Shown piece by piece: positions 27,330 to 35,938 of a stretch of DNA of 64,000 nt. How positions within the stretch are numbered: position 1 is the stretch's first letter; every line of letters begins with the position of its first letter. The notes under the pieces are model-generated. The model saw nothing but the letters and a program-made list of their open reading frames with translations. It was not told the origin of the DNA and ran no database searches. Position numbers and translations under genes: made by a program. Origin of the DNA: a virus; the IMG/VR virus record IMGVR_UViG_3300005573_000057, positions 64,001 through 128,000 of that record; one strand, written 5' to 3'.

Positions 27330-28727
27330 TTAATCGAACACAAAGCCACTATGACGTGAGCGATCCGTCGAACGATCAAACAACGGAACATCATCACGAT
27401 TCGCAGGAGAATCCTTATCGGCTTTCGGCGTATCGAACAACGGCGCATCAACATCAAACAGCTTCATGCGACTCTTATCGACGCCAACGATGAACCGCCG
27501 CATCACCGAAACATCCGAATATCGGTTTTTCAGTTGTTTGAACAGCAGTTGATTGGCCTTTTCAAGTTCTTCGTTCGTCATCACAACAAGAAGCAAATCG
27601 GCAGTCATAGGGCCACCAACGCTATCGGAAGTGTCCCCCAAATCAACATCGGAATTGTTCATCCCACCACGATTGGTTTGCGTGCTTGTTATAAGTGCAA
27701 CATCGTATTCTACAGCCAAACCGCGCAGTTCTTCCGCAATCGACTTCACATAGGAGTAAGTATTCACTCCAGTTCCCATCTTCAATCGCTGACTTGCAGC
27801 AATGTTCATGTAGTCCACAATGACGATCTGAGGGCGGAAATCTTTCTTAACCTTTAGTTCCTCAATGAGAGCACGAAAATGGCCAGCATGAGCCTGAGCA
27901 GTAGGATACTCTTTGATGATGATTTTACCACGCTTGAGCGCATTGATCTTTTCAAGATAAATCCCCTTGTTCATCTTTTTAAGGTCTTGCAAGGGCACAT
28001 TCAGTAGGTTAGCATCAATACGTTCAGCAATCCGTTCCTCGGCCATTTCGAGAGTAATGTAGAGTACATTGTAGCCCTTCAACAGATAGCTTGCTGCAAA
28101 ATGACAATTTACCAAGGTTTTCCCAACACCAGTTGGAGCCATGATGATTGACAAAGTTTTCGGCATCAGTCCACCATTGGTAATGGTGTTCAAACACTCA
28201 AGGTCAAATGGAATCTTTTCCTCAAACTTGTGGCGCAAATCAAACCGCGCTTCCGCGTCCTCAATAAAATCATGTCCGATCTTGGTATCGAAATTGATCT
28301 GCAAAGCATTTGAAAATAAGGTAGGCAACGAATCCTTTTTCATACTTGGATGGTTCCCTTCGATAATCTCAAGTGACTCCATAATCGCCAAAAACAAGGC
28401 TCGATCCCGACACCACTTTTCCGTTTTTTCAATCAACCACTTTTCATCTGTTACAACGACTTTATGAAGTTCGCTTAGGAGTTCATGACTTTCGGAAATC
28501 ACTGCATCTGGAAAGCCGGTCAACGAGTTAACATCGAGGCTAACCATCGTCATTGTTGGAACTTTATTGTACTTATTGAAACTTTGTTGAAACGCCGAAA
28601 AGATTGCTTGTTCTGGTTTCTCGCTGAAATAATCTGGTTTAATATAAGGGGTCACATATCGTGCATACGTATCACTGTTCAAAAGACCACCAAGGATTGC
28701 TATTTCAATTCGTTTTGGCAAGTTCAT
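27330..28727 (-). CDS. gp41: Replicative helicase gp41
   Basis: APTGVGKT, YITLEMAEERIAERIDAN, KEYPT, VDY, AEELRGLA, TQTNR and KQLKNRY. Confidence 0.96.
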   Translation of the reverse strand: MNLPKRIEIAILGGLLNSDTYARYVTPYIKPDYFSEKPEQAIFSAFQQSFNKYNKVPTMTMVSLDVNSLTGFPDAVISESHELLSELHKVVVTDEKWLIEKTEKWCRDRALFLAIMESLEIIEGNHPSMKKDSLPTLFSNALQINFDTKIGHDFIEDAEARFDLRHKFEEKIPFDLECLNTITNGGLMPKTLSIIMAPTGVGKTLVNCHFAASYLLKGYNVLYITLEMAEERIAERIDANLLNVPLQDLKKMNKGIYLEKINALKRGKIIIKEYPTAQAHAGHFRALIEELKVKKDFRPQIVIVDYMNIAASQRLKMGTGVNTYSYVKSIAEELRGLAVEYDVALITSTQTNRGGMNNSDVDLGDTSDSVGGPMTADLLLVVMTNEELEKANQLLFKQLKNRYSDVSVMRRFIVGVDKSRMKLFDVDAPLFDTPKADKDSPANRDDVPLFDRSTDRSRHSGFVFD

Positions 28728-28999
28728 AGTGAGAGTTGATAAGTGCATTGTTCTTGGTTCGACATTTCTTTCACAACTTCTTCCAACACACTATACAGAC
28801 TTGGGCGACTATCTTCTTCAAAATCCTTTTGATTAACCCACTTGAAAACCGAATTCTCTGTTTTACTTTGGATAACCATTGTAGGCAAATTTTCAGCCCA
28901 AGCATCTAAAATCTTCACGAATACCAATAATGTATCCGTTGAAAACTGAAACATATTGTAAAAGTCAACAGTCACGTCATCAAGCTTGAGCTTCGTCAT
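28724..28999 (-). CDS. Hypothetical protein at the T4 gp40 position
   Basis: Overlaps both uvsX and gp41. Confidence 0.6.
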   Translation of the reverse strand: MTKLKLDDVTVDFYNMFQFSTDTLLVFVKILDAWAENLPTMVIQSKTENSVFKWVNQKDFEEDSRPSLYSVLEEVVKEMSNQEQCTYQLSL

Positions 29000-30044
29000 C
29001 TGTTTCTCCGGTTTCTTCTACAGTTGCAGGAACCTCGCTACCAAACATAAACGCACTCTTAGTATACGTGTCAATCATATCAAGAGTAGCAGGAGTAAAA
29101 TACTTTTCTGGATCTGCGTAAATCCTAGATTCAAATGTCTTTTCTTCGCCAATCTTGATAAACTTTCCCTCTTTCGACCAGATCCCCGCTGCAAGGGCAA
29201 AATCGAGAAGTCCGTGATACCGAGACAAGCCATTTTCATAGGACAAGCTTGTTTCGACTTGCAACCCTTCGCGTGTAAAGCGGCTTTTTGCCAACGTGAT
29301 TTTCAGAGTGTTCCCAACAACGAGCGAACCATCCTTTTCTCGGGTTTTGCTGATCATCAGGACTGTGCTAGCAGCATAGTTGCCACCTTTGCCACCACCT
29401 GTCGTTTTTGTCGGAACATACGATCCAATTGTATCACTCACATGGTTTGTCATGATCAGTGGGACATTCAAAACACCCATTTCGAGCGACAAGATCCTGA
29501 AAGCCCCACGGATCAATTGAGCGCGTGTCATGTCCCGCGTATCTTCACCTTCCTTCGCATCCCCAATTTCTTTACTCGTCGAAAGCATCCCCAACGAATC
29601 TAGCACCATCATCATTGGAGGACGATTTTTCATTTTTTTGTATGATTCCAAAACCCTAGCAGCTTGTGTTCGAAATTGTTGTACTGTTGCAACAGGCACA
29701 ACAAGAATTCGACTCGTATCCATCTTACGGGATTTGAACATATTCAAACTCAAAGCACCTTCTGATTCAAAAAACACAACCTGACCAGTCGGGTTTTTAC
29801 TCAAGAAATCGGCCATGAAGGACATGGCAAAGTACGTTTTGCCGACCGATGGATCACCTGCCAACATGATCGTTTTGTTTGATGGAAACCCCCCATAAAT
29901 TGATCCGCACAAAAGAGCATTCAAGGCATAGCTGCCAGTGTCTATGTATGTTGATACTTGACCGATAAGGCCATCTTCGACTACTGATGCATATTCATTG
30001 CCGAGAACAGAGACAATATTTTCCAAAAAAGTGTTTGTTGCCAT
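28980..30044 (-). CDS. uvsX: RecA-like recombinase UvsX
   Basis: DTGSYALNAL, GDPSVGKT, LDSLGMLST and DMTRAQ. Confidence 0.96.
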   Translation of the reverse strand: MATNTFLENIVSVLGNEYASVVEDGLIGQVSTYIDTGSYALNALLCGSIYGGFPSNKTIMLAGDPSVGKTYFAMSFMADFLSKNPTGQVVFFESEGALSLNMFKSRKMDTSRILVVPVATVQQFRTQAARVLESYKKMKNRPPMMMVLDSLGMLSTSKEIGDAKEGEDTRDMTRAQLIRGAFRILSLEMGVLNVPLIMTNHVSDTIGSYVPTKTTGGGKGGNYAASTVLMISKTREKDGSLVVGNTLKITLAKSRFTREGLQVETSLSYENGLSRYHGLLDFALAAGIWSKEGKFIKIGEEKTFESRIYADPEKYFTPATLDMIDTYTKSAFMFGSEVPATVEETGETDDEAQA

Positions 30045-30115
30045 AGGAGAAAGATAAAATAGTGATGGAAGACAATTCTATGCTGGCTAGAATTGAACGC
30101 TAGAGATTGACTACA

Positions 30116-30367
30116 TCAAACGTCTGCAACCTTGTCCAGTTGCGAACCAGGAGTGCGATGATGAATGTCCCGTAGAACCTCTTTGAATCCCCCAGGAACC
30201 TTTTGGCGTGACAGGCGAATAGGATCTATAAAGGAATTGATAGGGGGCGTCAAATGGACTTGCTCAAGTTCGGGGTGAGTTTCCAAAAAGGTTTCACGTT
30301 CAGAAATTTTCATCAACTGTTCGAACGTTTCACCAGTTTCTTTGTTGCGAAATTCATATGTGGGCAT
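30116..30367 (-). CDS. FmdB-like small regulator (T4-like, Cys-less)
   Basis: MPTYEFRNKETGE..E..M.ISE and GFKEVL..I. Confidence 0.8.
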   Translation of the reverse strand: MPTYEFRNKETGETFEQLMKISERETFLETHPELEQVHLTPPINSFIDPIRLSRQKVPGGFKEVLRDIHHRTPGSQLDKVADV

Positions 30368-30412
30368 AGCGGTTCCTTTTGTTGTTTGGTAGTTATCACG
30401 AGACTACGAAGT

Positions 30413-30670
30413 TTACTTTCTCCCGTAGGAACCACGCTTAACTCCAGAAATGCTTCCGCGACCACGTTTCTGTCCATCTGTTGAAATGGTATCTGTATTA
30501 TAATCCATATTCTTTTCGTATGTCAAGCCTTGATTTGTGTAGTAAATTGTACCACATCGAAGTTTTATCTCTGATTGGTCTTTTCCCCACCGATAATCTA
30601 CCACGGAAACGGATGGATCTGAATTTCCTAGATCACACACCTTGCTCAAAAGTTCATCTAATGAAATCAT
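30413..30670 (-). CDS. Hypothetical protein
   Basis: 85 aa ORF with a basic C-terminus. Confidence 0.5.
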   Translation of the reverse strand: MISLDELLSKVCDLGNSDPSVSVVDYRWGKDQSEIKLRCGTIYYTNQGLTYEKNMDYNTDTISTDGQKRGRGSISGVKRGSYGRK

Positions 30671-30678
30671 GGACGATA

Positions 30679-30698
30679 AAGGGGCCTTTCGGCCCCTC
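30679..30698 (-). terminator. Intrinsic terminator
   Basis: GGGGCC-GAAA-GGCCCC followed by a T run on the minus strand. Confidence 0.8.
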
Positions 30699-30705
30699 CC
30701 TCTTG

Positions 30706-31683
30706 TTATGCCAGTGCCAGAAGTTCTTCCATCGCACGATCTTTCATGTCCGAGGAAGCGCCTGTAAAACTATCAGCAAACTGCGCTGACTGATCGCGGC
30801 GACCTGTACCGTGAGTGTACATATTCGTAACCGCATTCAACGCGCCCCAAGCTGTACCCTTTGCCATGTCTGCGCCTGCACCTTCATTGTACAGACTCAA
30901 CAGTCTATCGAGCCTACGAGTGGCACCCCACTTTTGATCTTCTTCGGAAAGCTTCGGATCGAACACCAGCTTCTTGAAGAACTCATTGACTTGTTGATCT
31001 GCCATCGGCGTTTCGGCCAGCTTGTTGATCTTATTGATGAACACGACCCAACTATCATCAAGAACGCCCATGTCAATCTTGACCGATTTGGCATCGAATT
31101 CGGCATGGTGAGTCTTGCGAATCACTTTACCGCCTTCACGAAGCGCGACATTCAGCGTGTTATTGCACACCACCCGAGTTGACACAAATTGTGCTGTTGT
31201 CGATTGAGTACCATCCACAGAAGTTGTCAGAAGCAGGTTTCCACGAACTTCATCATTGCCATTGATCTTGGTTTCCTTGCCAACTTCGGCAAGTGCCCAA
31301 AACTTTTTGCCGCCAAACAAGGTTCCAGCAGTCGAAAGCTTCATTCCATTCAAGGCGACCAGATCGCGGAAAAATTCAAGAACCTCTCCAGGTTGTACAA
31401 TCTTGAAACTTTCACCCATCACCGAAAGCGGCGCTTTCGTATCGCTACGGTAGAGCACTTTCTTACCAGGAAACGGAACAACCTGATACCCTTGATCGTT
31501 GGTGTAGTCAAAAAATACATCCGAACGCTCGACTGTCCAATCCAAACCGGCAACCTTTTTCCATTCTTCGATGGACGCATTTTCTGGAAGTTCGTTTCCA
31601 AGACCGTGCCAAATTGCATCCCGACTACCGATGAAAGCAAATTCAACGGAACCATCTTCACGTACTGTAAGTTCATGAGACAT
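30706..31683 (-). CDS. DUF932 (LGT_TIGR03299) family protein
   Basis: WHGLG, AGLDW.V, VQP.E.LEFF, TAG.L.GG, RVVCNNT and GTAWGALNAVT. Confidence 0.9.
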   Translation of the reverse strand: MSHELTVREDGSVEFAFIGSRDAIWHGLGNELPENASIEEWKKVAGLDWTVERSDVFFDYTNDQGYQVVPFPGKKVLYRSDTKAPLSVMGESFKIVQPGEVLEFFRDLVALNGMKLSTAGTLFGGKKFWALAEVGKETKINGNDEVRGNLLLTTSVDGTQSTTAQFVSTRVVCNNTLNVALREGGKVIRKTHHAEFDAKSVKIDMGVLDDSWVVFINKINKLAETPMADQQVNEFFKKLVFDPKLSEEDQKWGATRRLDRLLSLYNEGAGADMAKGTAWGALNAVTNMYTHGTGRRDQSAQFADSFTGASSDMKDRAMEELLALA

Positions 31684-31728
31684 GACAAACTCCAAAGTTG
31701 AGAAAGAAATTACAAACCACAATTGAAT

Positions 31729-31754
31729 TGTACATCAATTTTCCCGACTGTCAA
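31729..31754 (-). promoter_or_regulatory. Sigma70 early promoter TTGACA...TACAAT
   Basis: Near-consensus hexamers upstream of the DUF932 gene. Confidence 0.65.
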
Positions 31755-31805
31755 GAACCTTTTTCAACGTTTGTGGTAGCGGCCATAGAAAACGCCACCC
31801 GGAAC

Positions 31806-33103
31806 GTGAATTGCCCCGCCCTAAAGGACAGAGCTTCTAATTTCGACGGCACGAGCAAGGACAGAAGGGTTCTTCCCTCTGACTTGGCTAACAGTGCCTC
31901 GATTAGCAGTACCGGCGATTCCCGCCGCTATTATTCTTTGCGCTTCATTGCTGATGTTTTTGGCGGCATTTATGTCCCTATCATGCAGAGTGCCGCATTG
32001 GTCACATCGCCAAGAGCGAATACTTAAAGGCATTGAAGGTTGAACGTGTAGACAACACGAACAAGTTTTACTCGACGGGAAATAGCGGTTTACCTTCACG
32101 AATCCTTTGCCCGCTTTCGCGGCCTTGTATTCGAGAAATCTGGTAAACATGCCCCATCCCGCATCCCCAATAGCCTTTGCCAAGCAATGATTTTTCATCA
32201 TTCCTTTGACGTTCAAATCCTCAACGGCAATGACTTTGTTTTCGTCAACAAGTCGTCGAGAAAGTTTGTGCAACCAGTCCTTGCGAGCATTAGCGACACG
32301 TTCATGCGCCTTTGCCACAAGGATTCTAGCTTTGTTTCTGGTGTTACTATCTTTCTTTTTACGGGAAAGCTTTTGTTGCTTCCGTTTTAGGTTCTTGGTT
32401 GCTTTCGCCAAGTGACGAGGATTTTTGAACTTCGATCCGTCGCTAGTGACAACAAGATGAGTAAGACCAACATCTATGCCGATGATCTTGCCGTCAAAAG
32501 AAACTTTTGGTACGTCAAGACCGTTTTCAGTCAGAATAGAAGCAAAGTATTGACCCGATTGATTCCGGCTTACAGTGACGGTTTTGATCTTTCCCACAAT
32601 CTCACGATGCACGACTGCCTTGATGTGACCGATCTTCGGCAAATAAAGTTTACGCCCATCAACAATCTTAACGTCTTGTGGGTATTGGATGGACTGTTTA
32701 CCGTGCTTCGATTTAAAGTTAGGGTACTTAGCACGATTCTTGAAGAAGTTTACAAAAGCACGAGAAAGATTAAGACTTACAGCTTGAAGTACCTGAGCAT
32801 AGGGTTCAGCAAGCCACTCGTATTCTTTCTTGAGTTCTGGAAGGCGCTTGGTCAAATCGAAATGGCTAAGACCTTTGCCGGTTTCTTTATATGTCTTTTG
32901 CGTTTCTGCCAAGCTGTTGTTCCACAACCACCGCGCACAGCCGAACGCCTTGGCAAGAGATTCTTCCTGCTTGGCGTTTGGATAGATGCGAATTTTGGTG
33001 GCTGTTAACATATCTTTAGTAGGTAGTGTACCCTAATTTTATTCAAAAGTCAATAGAACACTTACATTCCCCACCTAAAGGAGAGGGTTTTACGTGTAAT
33101 CGG
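31806..33103 (-). mobile_element. IS605-family tnpB-only element 2 (second subfamily)
   Basis: Left end CCGATTACAC...CCTTTAGG hairpin; right end ...CTTTAGGGCGGGGCAATTCAC. Confidence 0.8.
31821..33011 (-). CDS. tnpB: TnpB RNA-guided endonuclease
   Basis: RIYP HTH start, GIDVG / VEDL / DRDINAA, zinc finger CSCC..CDQC. Confidence 0.95.
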   Translation of the reverse strand: MLTATKIRIYPNAKQEESLAKAFGCARWLWNNSLAETQKTYKETGKGLSHFDLTKRLPELKKEYEWLAEPYAQVLQAVSLNLSRAFVNFFKNRAKYPNFKSKHGKQSIQYPQDVKIVDGRKLYLPKIGHIKAVVHREIVGKIKTVTVSRNQSGQYFASILTENGLDVPKVSFDGKIIGIDVGLTHLVVTSDGSKFKNPRHLAKATKNLKRKQQKLSRKKKDSNTRNKARILVAKAHERVANARKDWLHKLSRRLVDENKVIAVEDLNVKGMMKNHCLAKAIGDAGWGMFTRFLEYKAAKAGKGFVKVNRYFPSSKTCSCCLHVQPSMPLSIRSWRCDQCGTLHDRDINAAKNISNEAQRIIAAGIAGTANRGTVSQVRGKNPSVLARAVEIRSSVL

Positions 33104-33161
33104 ATAACGATGCACGATGCACGAAGCATGATAGCACCTTTTGAATTGCTCGACGATTTCA

Positions 33162-33449
33162 TCAGTATGCAAACCTTCCGCGATACATCCGATCAAGGCG
33201 AATTTCTTCTGCTTTCAAGTCGTCGATGTGATCGCGTTCAAGCTTAACATATTTGTCATATTCTTTCTTCGCCCTAGGTTCCAACGACGAGTTAATAATT
33301 TCGTCTGACAACAGACCCATCAAATCATCGCCAGCGTGAATGGCGCTAATGATGTAAACCTCACCATCCTCTGCATCTACGCCGTAGCGCACATCCAGCG
33401 GCACACCTTCAATCTCGGTACTAAATGTATCAATATGATCGCTTTTCAT
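33162..33449 (-). CDS. Small acidic hypothetical protein
   Basis: RBS AAAGGA; start MKSDHID. Confidence 0.65.
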   Translation of the reverse strand: MKSDHIDTFSTEIEGVPLDVRYGVDAEDGEVYIISAIHAGDDLMGLLSDEIINSSLEPRAKKEYDKYVKLERDHIDDLKAEEIRLDRMYRGRFAY

Positions 33450-33459
33450 TTCAATTCCT

Positions 33460-33648
33460 TTAGTCCGTCTTGTCTTCACTGCGATCTTTGGCAATGAACC
33501 CATAATAAACGAGCAAAGCCCACAAAAACATCATCACAGCAAGGATAGCAGTCTGGACACTCAAAGAGAACAACGGGGTCACTGCAAATAGAATGATGAT
33601 GCCACTAAAGCAAAGTAGCACTTTTTGAAGATTGCTTAACGGTTTCAT
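33460..33648 (-). CDS. Small two-transmembrane-helix protein
   Basis: Two hydrophobic segments; follows TTGACA-17-TATGAT. Confidence 0.65.
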   Translation of the reverse strand: MKPLSNLQKVLLCFSGIIILFAVTPLFSLSVQTAILAVMMFLWALLVYYGFIAKDRSEDKTD

Positions 33649-33687
33649 TTCAATTCCTTTCAAGATCATGACTTGATCATAGTCGAT

Positions 33688-34497
33688 TCAAAGATCTTTG
33701 TCAAGGGGGATGTACTCTCCACCTTTCAACAAATTATGCCACATACCAATCCTGCAATAGAACAAATTAAGACTGCTTTCAGAAATATACTCACTAGTAA
33801 CGATACTATTGATCGTTACGGATTCACCAACCGAACGCTCCACAGCAGCACTAGCGGCGAAAGCATCAATTTCAATCGGGTTGTTCATGTATGCCTTGCG
33901 ATCATTAGAATCATAAGGGGCTTCAAACAATTCTTGACTATTAACACTTTGAGCAAGGTGCGCAAGTTCGTGCGTAAGACAACCAACGGTTTCAGCAACG
34001 ATTGATTTTTTTGATTTTTCCGTATTCAGTAGATGTTCTTTCAAAGCATTGACATAACAATCAATCTCAATTGAATGCATAGAATTTCCGGTAAAGATTC
34101 TACCAACAACGAAATATGGAGAAGAATTGACCGCCCTAGGATCATAAGCCGAAATTTTTCTAAATGATAGAGTAGCAAATCGAGTAATCTCGTCAACAAG
34201 AGCCTTCGTTTTATAGATTGGAAGTGAAGAACTTTTGAATTCGCCCATGATGTTCATGATCATTTTAGAAGGATCAAATTCTTTAACAAGATGGGAAATT
34301 TTCATTTTTGAGGCTATGTCACACATGATAAACTCCTGAAAGATTCGCACGACGCCCACAAAACAATGATAGTCCATTAAACCTTTCTTGTCTAGCCCAA
34401 AGTTGTAAATTATCGTGACATGGTTGGTGCCGGATGTAGGAATGGAACATCCAGACTCCTGTACTAGAAAGATTTTTTCATGCTTTACTTCGGTCAC
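33688..34497 (-). CDS. HExxH zincin-like metallopeptidase-domain protein (start uncertain)
   Basis: LTHELAHLAQ...Y..NPIEIDAFA. Confidence 0.65.
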   Translation of the reverse strand: MTEVKHEKIFLVQESGCSIPTSGTNHVTIIYNFGLDKKGLMDYHCFVGVVRIFQEFIMCDIASKMKISHLVKEFDPSKMIMNIMGEFKSSSLPIYKTKALVDEITRFATLSFRKISAYDPRAVNSSPYFVVGRIFTGNSMHSIEIDCYVNALKEHLLNTEKSKKSIVAETVGCLTHELAHLAQSVNSQELFEAPYDSNDRKAYMNNPIEIDAFAASAAVERSVGESVTINSIVTSEYISESSLNLFYCRIGMWHNLLKGGEYIPLDKDL

Positions 34498-34530
34498 TTA
34501 GTTTTTTGGACTTTGACATATCTATCTCTG

Positions 34531-34619
34531 TGGTACACGGAACGGGAGTCGAACCCGTATGACCTATTAAAGTCGGTGGATTTTAAGTCCACTGTGTCTA
34601 CCAATTCCACCACCCATGC
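34531..34619 (-). tRNA. tRNA-Leu(UAA)
   Basis: Cloverleaf with long variable arm, anticodon loop CT-TAA-AA, GGTTCGAC and encoded CCA. Confidence 0.9.
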
Positions 34620-34660
34620 ACTGAATTACTTACTACAAGTAGTTCTACTACAATTATAGT

Positions 34661-34736
34661 TGGTGCCGGATACAGGAATCGAACCCACGACCTCCAACTT
34701 ACAAGGTTGTTGCTCTACCAACTGAGCTAATCCGGC
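34661..34736 (-). tRNA. tRNA-Thr(UGU)
   Basis: GCCGGAT acceptor, loop CT-TGT-AA and encoded CCA. Confidence 0.9.
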
Positions 34737-34765
34737 ACATTCCAAGACAAAGATCAATGATTGAA

Positions 34766-34794
34766 ATCATACCAAACTTTCAATCCCATGTCAA
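34766..34794 (-). promoter_or_regulatory. Sigma70 promoter TTGACA-17-TATGAT for the Thr/Leu tRNAs
   Basis: Near-consensus; 30 nt upstream of tRNA-Thr. Confidence 0.75.
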
Positions 34795-34818
34795 GAACAT
34801 GGGATATAGAAGCATGCT

Positions 34819-35922
34819 TCACAGGGCGAAATCTAAAACTTCATCACCAACATCGTGCTCGACCATGCCTAGCATATAGTTTGCAGGTTTTTCTTCTTGG
34901 GGGCTAGACTGCATCTTACCCATATCAATCCATTTTTCCATAAACTTTAGTGGATTTTTTTCAGGAAAGGCATAAGCGCAGTCGATTTCAAAAAATTTAT
35001 AGACTTCCATAGAGGAAAACAAAACAAACGAGAAAAGTTTATCACTGGTAAGGCCCGGAAACTCTCGGTTGTCAGAAAGAATATATTCGGCCCATTCTTT
35101 CTCTGTTTCAACGACCAAATCTACCATTTCTTTAATTTTAGGTTTAAGTCGGTACAAAGCTTCTGAACCTCTTGGTGTCGATTTTTCAATTTTCAAAATT
35201 TCATAGTCTGCCAGAGAATGAATTTCATATTCATCTTGGGCGATTTTTTGCACAGCTTTACCAATTGGCATAAACTGTCCGGTCTCTGCCACGGCAAAAG
35301 TAACTGCGAAGGAAGAAATAAATTGGATACGCTCCAAGATATACATCGCAGCCATGTACAGAATCACCGAATCGTAGACTGCTGGATCGTCTTTGGCGAG
35401 TAGCCCAAGAGCAAGTTGATGTGAAATCACATAAGTTTTCTCTAGGGCATCCGTGATAGGCTTTAGGCGATGATGGGCTTCTTTGACTTTGAGAATTTCA
35501 TCCAATATGTCGTCCGGGTTGTCAAAAGAAGTTCTGACAATCTCGGAGTATGTAAAGGAATGCAAACTCTCGTTTTCGCCAATGCGCTGCCACAAAGCCC
35601 AAAGTTCGGAACTACTCGTGATATTTGCGCCAATACCTGCAACCGACCGACTGACTACACTGTCGGCTTCCCATTGCCAAGCAAGTGTTTTAATCATAAT
35701 ATCGTAGGTATTCTTATCGCAAATTTGAAACTCACGCTTACAACTGGAAAAATTAAACTCGTTTTCATCCCAATCCAAAGCTTTGAGTTTTTTGTAAAGA
35801 TTCCATAGTTTAGGATACTGTTTATTGATGGTATCAACTAGACCCGGAGACTGCCCCAAAAACAAAGGAGTCTTCTTATACTCAGAGTAATTCAAGTTAA
35901 TAATGGATGATGGTAAGTTCAT
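34819..35922 (-). CDS. nrdB: Ribonucleotide reductase class I beta subunit
   Basis: W...E, DS, ENESLH..TY, LERIQF..SF and IAQDE..IH. Confidence 0.93.
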   Translation of the reverse strand: MNLPSSIINLNYSEYKKTPLFLGQSPGLVDTINKQYPKLWNLYKKLKALDWDENEFNFSSCKREFQICDKNTYDIMIKTLAWQWEADSVVSRSVAGIGANITSSSELWALWQRIGENESLHSFTYSEIVRTSFDNPDDILDEILKVKEAHHRLKPITDALEKTYVISHQLALGLLAKDDPAVYDSVILYMAAMYILERIQFISSFAVTFAVAETGQFMPIGKAVQKIAQDEYEIHSLADYEILKIEKSTPRGSEALYRLKPKIKEMVDLVVETEKEWAEYILSDNREFPGLTSDKLFSFVLFSSMEVYKFFEIDCAYAFPEKNPLKFMEKWIDMGKMQSSPQEEKPANYMLGMVEHDVGDEVLDFAL

Positions 35923-35938
35923 AAAAGTCCTTTGTATG

